DNA of 64,000 bases from Mobula hypostoma (taxonomy: Eukaryota), in contig NC_086097.1 in assembly GCF_963921235.1 (NCBI RefSeq), positions 248,312,001 to 248,376,000 of the forward strand, given 5' to 3'. Position 1 is the stretch's first letter. Each line of letters starts with the position of its first letter. Under the pieces are notes generated by a model that was not told where the DNA came from, ran no database searches, and worked only from the letters and a program-made list of their open reading frames with translations. This document shows positions 51,391 to 62,417 of the stretch, in pieces. A program made the position numbers and the translations under genes.

Positions 51391-54300
51391 CCACAGCTTA
51401 CTAACACACTTCCAGATCCCACAGTTCACTAACACACTTCCAGATCCCACAGTTTACTAACACACTTCCAGATCCCACAGTTCACTAACACACTTCCATA
51501 TCCACAGCTTACTAACACACTTCCAGATCCCACAGTTCACTAACACACTTCCATATCCCACAGCTTACTAACACACTTCCAGATCCCACAGTTCACTAAC
51601 ACACTTCCAGATCCCACAGTTCACTAACACACTTCCAGATCCCACAGCTTACTAACACATTTCCAGATCCCACAGTTCACTAACACACTTCCAGATCCCA
51701 CAGTTCACTAACACACTTCCAGATCCCACAGCTTACTAACACATTTCCAGATCCCACAGTTCACTAACACACTTCCAGATCCCACAGTTCACTAACACAC
51801 TTCCAGATCCCACAGTTTACTAACACACTTCCAGATCCCACAGTTTACTAACACACTTCCATATCCCACAGTTTACTAACACACTTCCATATCCCACAGT
51901 TCACTAACACACTTCCATATCCCACAACTTACTAACACACTTCCATATCCCACAGTTGACTAACACACTTCCATATCCCACAGTTCACTAACACACTTCC
52001 CGATCCCACAGTTCACTAACACACTTCCATATCCTACAGTTCACTAACACACTTCCATATCCCACAGTTCACTAACACACTTCCATATCCCACAACTTAC
52101 TAACACACTTCCAGATCCCACAGTTCACTAACACACTTCCATATCCCACAGTTTACTAACACACATCCATATCCCACAGTTCACTAACACACTTCCATAT
52201 CCTACAGTTCACTAACACACTTCCATATCCCACAGTTCACTAACACACTTCCATATCCCACAACTTACTAGCACACTTCCAGATCCCACAGATCACTAAC
52301 ACACTTCCATATCCCACAGTTCACTAACACACTTCCATATCCCACAGTTTACTAACAACACTTCCATATCCCACAACTTACTAACACACATCCATATCCT
52401 ACAGTTCACTAACACACTTCCATATCCCACAGTTCACTAACACACTTCCAGATCCCACAGTTCACTAACACACTTCCATATCCCACATTTCACTAACACA
52501 CTTCCAGATCCCACAGTTTACTAACACACTTCCAGATCCCACAGTTCACTAACACACTTCCATATCCCATAGCTTACTAACACACTTCCAGATCCCACAG
52601 TTCACTAACACACTTCCATATCCCACAGTTCACTAACACACTTCCATATCCCACAGTTTACTAACAACACTTCCATATCCCACAACTTACTAACACACAT
52701 CCATATCCCACAGTTCACTAACACACTTCCATATCCTACAGTTCACTAACACACTTCCATATCCCACAGTTTACTAACACACTTCCATATCCCACAGTTC
52801 ACTAACACACTTCCATATCCCACAACTTACTAACACACTTCCATATCCCACAGTTGACTAACACACTTCCATATCCCACAGTTCACTAACACACTTCCCG
52901 ATCCCACAGTTCACTAACACACTTCCATATCCCACAGTTCACTAACACACTTCCATATCCTACAGTTTACTAACACACTTCCAGATCCCACAGTTCACTA
53001 ACACACTTCCATATCCCACAGTTTACTAACACACTTCCAGATCCCACAGTTCACTAACACACTTCCATATCCCACAGTTCACTAACACACTTCCAGATCC
53101 CACAGTTTACTAACACACTTCCAGATCCCACAGTTCACTAACACACTTCCATATCCCACAGTTTACTAACAACACTTCCATATCCCACAACTTACTAACA
53201 CACATCCATATCCCACAGTTCACTAACACACTTCCATATCCTACAGTTCACTAACACACTTCCAGATCCCACAGTTCACTAACACACTTCCATATCCTAC
53301 AGTTCACTAACACACTTCCATATCCCACAACTTACTAGCACACTTCCATATCCCACAGTTCACTAACACACTTCCATATCCTACAGTTTACTAACACACT
53401 TCCAGATCCCACAGTTCACTAACACACTTCCATATCCCACAGTTTACTAACACACTTCCAGATCCCACAGTTCACTAACACACTTCCATATCCCACAGTT
53501 CACTAACACACTTCCAGATCCCACAGTTTACTAACACACTTCCAGATCCCACAGTTCACTAACACACTTCCATATCCCACAGTTTACTAACAACACTTCC
53601 ATATCCCACAACTTACTAACACACATCCATATCCCACAGTTCACTAACACACTTCCATATCCTACAGTTCACTAACACACTTCCAGATCCCACAGTTCAC
53701 TAACACACTTCCATATCCTACAGTTCACTAACACACTTCCATATCCCACAACTTACTAGCACACTTCCATATCCCACAGTTCACTAACACACTTCCATAT
53801 CCCACAGTTCACTAACACACTTCCATATCCCACAACTTACTAGCACACTTCCATATCCCACAGTTCACTAACACACTTCCATATCCTACAGTTCACTAAC
53901 ACACTTCCATATCCCACAGTTCACTAACACACTTCCATATCCCACAGTTCACTAACACACTTCCATATCCCACAGTTCACTAACACACATCCATATCCCA
54001 CAGTTCACTAACACACTTCCATATCCTACAGTTCACTAACACACTTCCATATCCCACAGTTCACTAACACACTTCCATATCCCACAGTTTACTAACACAC
54101 TTCCAGATCCCACAGTTCACTAACACACTTCCATATCCCACAGTTCACTAACACACTTCCATATCCCATAGCTTACTAACACACTTCCAGATCCCACAGT
54201 TCACTAACACACTTCCATATCCCACAGTTTACTAACAACACTTCCATATCCCACAACTTACTAACACACATCCATATCCCACAGTTCACTAACACACTTC

Positions 54301-55046
54301 CATATCCTACAGTTTACTAACACACTTCCATATCCCACAGTTTACTAACACACTTCCATATCCCACAGTTCACTAACACACTTCCATATCCCACAACTTA
54401 CTAACACACTTCCATATCCCACAGTTGACTAACACACTTCCATATCCCACAGTTCACTAACACACTTCCCGATCCCACAGTTCACTAACACACTTCCATA
54501 TCCCACAGTTCACTAACACACTTCCATATCCCACAGTTTACTAACACACTTCCAGATCCCACAGTTCACTAACACACTTCCATATCCCACAGTTCACTAA
54601 CACACTTCCAGATCCCACAGTTTACTAACACACTTCCAGATCCCACAGTTCACTAACACACTTCCATATCCCATAGCTTACTAACACACTTCCAGATCCC
54701 ACAGTTCACTAACACACTTCCATATCCCACAGTTCACTAACACACTTCCATATCCCACAGTTTACTAACAACACTTCCATATCCCACAACTTACTAACAC
54801 ACATCCATATCCCACAGTTCACTAACACACTTCCATATCCTACAGTTCACTAACACACTTCCATATCCCACAGTTCACTAACACACTTCCATATCCCACA
54901 ACTTACTAGCACACTTCCAGATCCCACAGTTCACTAACACACTTCGATATCCCACAGTTCACTAACACACTTCCATATCCCACAGTTTACTAACACCCTT
55001 CCAGATCCCACAGTTCACTAACACACTTCCAGAGCCCACAGCTTAC
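51391..55046. repeat. Minisatellite, 28-bp unit (ttcactaacacacttcca[t/g]atcccacag), ~130 copies with multi-unit substructure
   Basis: Directly visible; recurring ordered variant monomers. Confidence 0.99.
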
Positions 55047-56343
55047 GTATGTCTCTGGAATGTGGGAGGAAACCAGAGCACTGGAGGAAATCCATGTGGA
55101 CATGGGGAGAACATACAAACTCCTTACAGACAGCAGGCAATAGATGGCAGTTGTAACCTGCAAATCCCTCTTAGAATGTATCAATGAGATTACCACTTAT
55201 TTTTCTAAACTCTGTTGAGCACAAACTAGTTCTATTAACTTATTCTTCATAGAACAAACCCTCTTTTCCAGGAATCAGTGCAATAAATCAATACTGCAAT
55301 GATTCAGTGAGACTTAGGAACAGAATTAGGCCATTCAGCCCATCGAGTCTGCTCCGCCATTCCATCATGGCCAATTTATTATCCTTCTCAGCTCCATTCT
55401 CCAGCCTTCTCCCTGTAACCTTTGAAGCTGTTACTAATCAAGAACCTATCAACCTCCACTTTAAATATACCCAATGACTTGGCCAGCACAGCCATCTGTG
55501 GCAATAAATTCCAATAGATTTGCACCCTCTGGCTAAAGAAATTCCTCCTCATCTCTGTTCTAAATGGATTTTGAAGGCAAATCTATCCTTCAGAGACCAA
55601 AACCGCATCCATTATTGGCTCTGAGAGTGTCTGCTTGCATTGTTCTCTCAAATCTGTTTCAAGACAAATTTATGAACAGGAATGACTATCAAGGATACGC
55701 GTGCACTGACCGTATCTACCAGGAGACCACAGGGGTCCAACGTTGGCGTTGGAACCAATGGTTGAAGAATTAAGTGCCACTTGACGGTTCAGGCATAATC
55801 AGTCCTGTGCATTGTTTTATGTTTAATCTGAAAGACAATATTCAGAAGTCCAATGTCCGATTCAGAGACTACCTGAACACTCCTTGTGGTCCAACCAGCA
55901 CCCAGAGCAGATTATGTGGCCATAGAGGCATAGAGCATTAGCATAGAAAAAGGCCCTTCAGTCCACCGAGTCTGTGTCGACCTGTTTTTCTGCCTAGTCA
56001 CATTTAATCACATCTGGACCATTACCCTTCAATTCTGAATGTTATTTGCTTACTTTTATTGTTTGCACGATTTGCTATTTTTCTGCACATTTGGTGTCTG
56101 GCAGTTTTCATTTCTTAATGGGTTGTACTGGGTTTCTTTGCTTAGTAGCTGCTTGTAAGGAGACAAATCTCAAGGTTGTATATAGCATACATACTTTGAT
56201 AACCAATGTACCTTAAACTTCAAACGTATCCATGCAGTTCCCTCTAAATTGTAACGACCGGTGTCACAAAAATCTTGCACTGTGCAATCTTTTGCCCAAT
56301 GACAACATGTGCGTACAGAATAATGTCTTCAATAAAGACAGTA

Positions 56344-56846
56344 GAGTTACAGAACACACATGGACTAAGATATTAACTGTCCTGTGCTATCATCAGTGGG
56401 ATCATCAGTTGATCTGCCACCTGTCTTCAGGAGTTTCGGCCCGCTTATGATCAAGACTCCTTCGAGGTGGTGGGCCAGCAGTGCTAAAGCACCACCTCCC
56501 ACTGGTGAGCTTGAAAACTTGGCATCTGTCTCTATCAGAGATGTTGGTCATTTCCATCCAACAGATAGTCTACTTTTCAGGTGCCTATGCAACTACTGAA
56601 GGATTTGCAAGATATGTGTACACTGTCTGACTATCTGCCCCTCTGGACATACTTGTTCCACACCCATGCTGATCCTTTCTCTGCTGCCTCAGCTACAGCC
56701 CTGCTGGTTGACTTGATCTCTCTTCTAGTGAAGCCAAGGTCACGCAGCCACTTCTGGAGAGTGAACGCAATAAACCCACGGCAGCCTACTTCGAATGGAT
56801 AGCATGAGACCTTCCACCCTCTGTCTCTGCACTCTGATCTTAATTC
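56344..56846 (-). mobile_element. HERO-like non-LTR element 3' end flanked by a ~147-bp direct repeat
   Basis: SELRSECRDRGWKVSCYPFEVGCRGFIAFTLQKWLRDLGF...GSAWVWNK. Flanks 56197-56343 and 56847-56993 differ at one base. Confidence 0.75.
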
Positions 56847-57194
56847 TGATAACCAATGTACCTTAAACTTCAAACGTATCCATGCAGTTCCCTCTAAATT
56901 GTAACAACCGGTGTCACAAAAATCTTGCACTGTGCAATCTTTTGCCCAATGACAACATGTGCGTACAGAATAATGTCTTCAATAAAGACAGTATAAATAA
57001 GTCATTTCTAAAGACTGCAGACAAGTCATCGCAAATTCCACATTGTCCGCACCGTCTGTATCAGAATCCAGAAAAGGAAATGTGATCGTGTACGATTGTG
57101 AAATGTACTTAACATGCCAACAAGGTAGAGAGTGACAACCTTTTGTGTGGAGTTTAAATTCCTTTGTGCACTAATAGCAAAAGGTGTGGGTGTG

Positions 57195-57197
<3 letters not shown>

Positions 57198-57245
<48 letters not shown>
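57198..57245. repeat. (TG)n microsatellite
   Basis: Directly visible. Confidence 0.98.
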
Positions 57246-57248
<3 letters not shown>

Positions 57249-57612
57249 CGTACACCTTAGGGGGAACATTGCATCTATGTACCTATCCATATTTCTCTTA
57301 AATTTTGCCATCTACTTAATTTCTATTTGTAGATTCCTGTAGTATCAAAGATGCTTATTTAAAAGAGTGGTTAGATTAGGAAAAAATCTTATCTGTTTGT
57401 AACTTGTGTTGCAATTTCTTCAGATTCTGAAATGCACCACATATTTTCTTCATTTAATGATAGTCAGGTTGGTTATTTTCCCCCTTCTGAGCATCCTTCT
57501 TTTTCATCAGGCTTTTTGTCATCCTCATGTTCCCTCCCTTTGACTCAGAGTCAATCTCTCTCTCTGTCTCTCTGTCTGTCTCTCTGTAGTGCAGAGTAGG
57601 CTCTCTAGCCAC

Positions 57613-58283
57613 CAGACATCCCACCCTGCAAAAACTCATTTCAGGGAGGTAGCACCATCCATTTGCAGGAGACTTCCGGGAGAGGTGGGATGTCTGCAAT
57701 AGAGTAGCTCCTTAGCAGCTGGCCGGCTAGTTTAAATAACGTTAGCTATGCTAATGAACGAATGACACCTGTTAAACTCACCTCAACATGTCTTTTACAT
57801 TTTAACCCACCATGGGCAATAGAAAAGTCACTGTTGCAAACAGTGCAGCGAGCAACACTGTCATTATTTTTGACCTCTATTAGGCAGGGGTACACTTTAG
57901 TGTAGTCTGGGGTGACGTACGTTTTATATTTTCTTTTTTTGGAACACTCCGCCACTCTGACTTTTTTTGGAACTCTCTCACTCTCTATCGCGCGCACCCT
58001 CGCTCGTGGTCGCTCTCTCGCGCTTGCTTTCTTGTTCTCTCTCTCCCGCGCATGCTCTCTCACTCTCTCGTGATCGCTCTCACTTGCTTTCCTGCTCGCG
58101 CTCTCTCTTGCGTGCTTGCTTTCTTGCTCTTGTGCTCGCTCTCTCGCTCTCTCCCGCACGTTCTCTCACGCTCGCTCTCAAAAAAATCAATTTCCAGGAC
58201 ATTGTATATAATTTGCGGGCATCAGGGAGCCACTGTTAATATGCGGGAGACTCCCGGAACTTCCGGGAGAGGTGGGATGTCTG
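57613..58283 (-). mobile_element. Non-autonomous DNA transposon, probably hAT, retaining a BED-like zinc-finger exon
   Basis: TIR cagacatcccacc / ggtgggatgtctg; flanking agccac on both sides; minus strand ARCTVCNSDFSIAHGGLKCKRHVE followed by gtgagt. Confidence 0.7.
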
Positions 58284-59199
58284 AGCCACACCGCTCAAGC
58301 TGCCCCAATTAACCCTAGGCTAATCACGGGACAATTTTCAATGACCATTTCAACTACTCGGTATGCCTTTGGACTGTGGAAGAAAACTGGAGCAGCCACA
58401 CATTCCACAGGGAGGACGTACAGACTCCTTAGAGGGGATGCCGGAATTGGATCCCAGACTCCGGAACTTCCTAAGCTGCAATAGCATCGCGCTAACCGTT
58501 ACGCGACTGTGGTGCCCAGCTTTCCTCCGACCTCCGCAAATTACCATATTTCTCACAGTGCAATTCAGAGCAAGCACCTTAGCTCTGGCTGTTTGGGGGC
58601 CCTTTATACAAGATTTCAGTTCATTAAATGTCCTTTTCAATGCTATTTCACAGTGGGACAACATTAGCCCTCTCTTTGACTCACTCATTTCTAGCAAGAC
58701 TGTATTCTGATAATGGCCTTATTGAACTTTATTCGTTCTGTTAATGTCAAGAAACTTTTCTTACATTAAATTCAATGGAACAAATGTAAATCACGGCACT
58801 ATTATATGGAAGAGGAAATCATACGCACAAGCACAAGAGATTCTACAGAAATCCAGAGTAACCTTTCCACAGCCCATTCCCATTCGAACATGTCTGCCCA
58901 CGGCCTCCCTACTGCCATGATGAGGCCACTCTCAGGCTGGAGGAGCAGCACCTCATGTTCTGTCTGGATAGCCTCCAACCTGATAGCATGAACATCGATT
59001 TCTCCAACTCTGGTAATTTCTCCCCTCTCCCTTTCCCTCCTTTGCCATTCCCCATTCTGGCTCCCCCCTTACCTTTTCTCTTCTCCTCACCCGTCTCTCA
59101 CCCTGCTGTAGGCCCCCTCTTCCTTTCTCCCATGGTCCATTCTCCTCTCCTATCAGGTTCCTTCTTCATTTCCACCCATCACCTCCCAGCTTCTTATTT

Positions 59200-59855
59200 C
59201 CATAAGACAAAGGAGCAGAAGTCGGCCATTCGGCCCATCGAGTCTGCTCCGCCATTTTAACATGAGCTGATCCATTCTCCCATTTAGTCCCACTCCCCCA
59301 CCTTCTCACCATAACCTTTGATGCCCTGGCTACTCAGATACCTATCAATCTCTGCCTTAAATACACCCAATGACTTGACCTCCACTGCCGCCCGTGGCAA
59401 CAAATTCCACAGATTCACCACCCTCTGGCTAAAAAAATTTCTTCGCATCTGTGTTCCGAATGGGCGCCCTTCAATCCTTAAGTCATGCCCTCTTGTTCTA
59501 GACTCCCCCACCATGGGAAACAACTTTGCCTCATCCACTCTGTCCATGCCTTTCAACATTCGAAATGTTTCTATGAGGTCCCCCCTCATTCTTTTAAACT
59601 CCAAGGAATACAGTCCAAGAGCGGACAAACGTTCCTCATATGTTAACCCTCTCATTCCCAGAATCATTCTAGTGAATCTTCTCTGTACCCTCTCCAACAT
59701 CAGCACATCCTTTCTTAAATAAGGAGACCAAAACTGCCCACAGTACTCCAAGTGAGGTCTCACCAGCGCCTTACAGAGCCTCAACATCACATCCCTGCTC
59801 CTATACTCTATTCCTCTAGAAATGAATGCCAACATTGCATTCGCCTTCTTCACCA
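59200..59855 (-). mobile_element. CR1 3' fragment nested in a Penelope fragment (~58860-60180)
   Basis: ORF 59284-59907. The host reads FCLDSLQPDSMNIDFSN at 58955 and resumes after ~59855. Confidence 0.85.
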
Positions 59856-61309
59856 TCCCCACCTTCATTTCATCCCTACCTTCCCCATACCTGGCTTCAC
59901 TTATCACACACTCAAACTGCAGGAGGAACTCAGCAGGTCAGGCAGCATCTGTGAAGAGGAATAAAGAGTTGACGTTGAAGGACCCAGACCCTTCACCAGG
60001 ACTGCCAGCTTGTACTCCTTCCCCTTCCCCCCACTTTCTTATTCTGGTTTCTTCCTCCTTCCTTTCCGGTCCCGATGAGGAGTCTCAGTCTGCAACACCA
60101 ACTGTTTATTCATTTCCATAGACGCTGCCTGACCTGCTGATTTCCTCCAGCAGTTTGTGTGTGCTACTCTGGATTTGGAACAGAAATAGTCTGCAGATTA
60201 ATTACAAGAGAATTTTTCAGACTGACCAGATATGATCCGGTGTTTTTGAATAGATCTTAAAGATGCAATATAGAAACATAAAACCACTGCTTTTTTAACT
60301 CTGTTGCTCCATAACAAAAATGAGTTAACCATAGCTGAATATATTATAGCAGCACAAATGTGATTTAATATGCTATTGTCTATAGTAGTCTATGTAGTCC
60401 TGTCGCCATTTAACATAAATGCTGAATTTGTGGCCCTCTGTTGGTCACGGTTGACAATGGATGTTGTGTCCTTGCTGTCTACGTGATACACGAGCCAGGG
60501 CAGTACAATATGGAGAGCAAGCTGTTGCCTGTGTAGCAAGCTCCCCCTGTCCAAGCATCAGATGAATCTAAAGGAACAGCAGAGACCGATACAGTTTGGC
60601 AGCAGCAGCGTCGCAGGAGTTGCCAGTCAGTGTTGAACTCAACGTAGGGACTCCAGCTGTGTTTTTCTTCCCCTCGGGGTTTACTCCTGGAGCTTTCCCC
60701 ATGAGTGGGTGTAGCCACAACGCGGCGGAGGTTTGAGATCAGAGTTTTCCTTATCCCAGATGAGCTGCTGACCATATCTGTCTGAAGGTGGCTTTGCCCC
60801 TTCTCCTGACAGTAGAAACGGTTCCACCGGGCTTAGTAGCTAAGCCACAAGCGAAGGCAAGGAGCTGGACTTGGTTGTCAGAGGCTATTTGATACACATG
60901 CCACTGGGAGCATTTAATAGGTAGTTTATCCCCATTACCACCAAGATATATAATCTTATACACCCTATAACACCCTTAAGGAATCACATGCAAAATATTA
61001 AAACATAATTATAAGACAAGGTTGGATAGATTTTTGCACAGTAGGGGAATTAAGGGTTATGTGGAAAAGGCAGGTAGCTGGAGATGAGTCCGTGGCCAGA
61101 TCAGCCATGATCTTATTGAATGGCGGAACAGGCTCGACAGGACAGATGGCCGCTCTTGCTCCTATTTCTTATGTTCTTATGTTCTTATAATTTCACCAAG
61201 GTATGTAAATTCCTTGTTCCTAAATAAAATAAATGTTTGCATCAAACACTTTCAGCTGCAGAGCTACCCATGACTAGTGAACAGTGGAGGTCTACACAGC
61301 AGAGTAATA

Positions 61310-61535
61310 GGTAGCGTAACCGTATTACGGTACCGGCGACCCCAGTTCAATTCCCGCCACTGTTTGTAAGGACTTCGTACATTTTCCCGGTGAATGTGTG
61401 GGTTTCTTCTGGGTGCTCCAATTTCCTCCCACATTCCAAAGACATACCGGCTGGTCGGCTAATTGGCCACATGGGAGTAATTGGACAGCGGGGCCCATTG
61501 GACCAAAGAGGCTTGTTACCATGCTGTATTGTCAG
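61310..61535 (+). mobile_element. tRNA-derived V-SINE-like element; antisense relatives at ~40910-41160, 55047-55135 and 58290-58515
   Basis: B box agttcaattcc and central gggtgctccaatttcctcccacattccaaagac block. Confidence 0.7.
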
Positions 61536-61721
61536 AGAGATAGATAGCTGAACAGACAGACAGATAGATAGATAGCTCAATAGACAGATAGACAAAAATA
61601 AACAAATCAATAAATCAATAAAATAGATCAATTATAAAAGATTTTTTCTAACTGACAAGACATGATCCAGTGATTTCTGAACAGATTTGCATGCTGCAAA
61701 ATAGAAACATAAAACCACTGC

Positions 61722-61947
61722 TGTTATGTTTTGTAAATTCTAAACATTAAATTAAATCCAAGGAAACATGGGAGTCTGGGAATACAGGTGTAACCATCTT
61801 TATTTTAAGCGAGGCCACATGTATCACGGGGTAATGTGACAACATATGCAATCAATGTATTTTTACACATAGCCTGTAATTAATTATTTAAACACATGAA
61901 TATTTAATCAAGCAATATTATATAATTGAAATATTAATTACGTAACA
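61722..61947 (-). mobile_element. Solo Gypsy LTR related to 14104-14341
   Basis: TGTTA...TAACA termini; imperfect 5-bp TSD actgc/actgt; reverse complement aligns with the 14104 LTR (taatatttca, attacagg, aaaaatac, acaaaacata). Confidence 0.75.
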
Positions 61948-62417
61948 ACTGTGTTCTTAATAACTCAGTGTCCCATGACTAAAAACAAACTGATTACTGT
62001 ATATTGACATGATTATATCGGCAACACAGAGGTGCTTCAATATGTTATTGTCTAAAGTGGTCTAGATAGTCTGATAATCACTTCAACATAAATGCTGAAT
62101 ATTTCACCAACACTCACATAGGTACTTCTGCTCCATTGTCTTATGGTGTTAAAACCCACGGGGAGAAGGCAGGAGAATAGGGTTGAGAGGGAAATGGATC
62201 TGCCATGATCAAATGGCAGAGCCGACATGAAGGGCCGAATGGATGAATTCTGCACTGATGTCTTATGGTCTAAACTCCTTGTAACTAAATAAAATAAATT
62301 TTACCTTCAGACATTTTCAGCTGCAGAGCTACCTATGACTAAGACCTTAAAAGTCAAACACCCAGTATCAGAGTCCTCAATTAGGTTGGAGTAAGACTAC
62401 CTGATCCACAAAACTTT

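Noticed and set aside
51391..55046. CRISPR array or telomeric repeat
   Set aside because: No spacers, and the unit is not TTAGGG-based.
57424..57467. Possible 44-nt exon (tttcttcag...CAG|gttggt)
   Set aside because: Not frame-preserving after a phase 0 exon, weaker donor, and no recognisable AMPH similarity.
57746..58312. Arg/Glu-rich and Leu/Ser-rich ORFs
   Set aside because: Translations of a CT/GA low-complexity tract in a transposon; only the zinc-finger remnant is meaningful.
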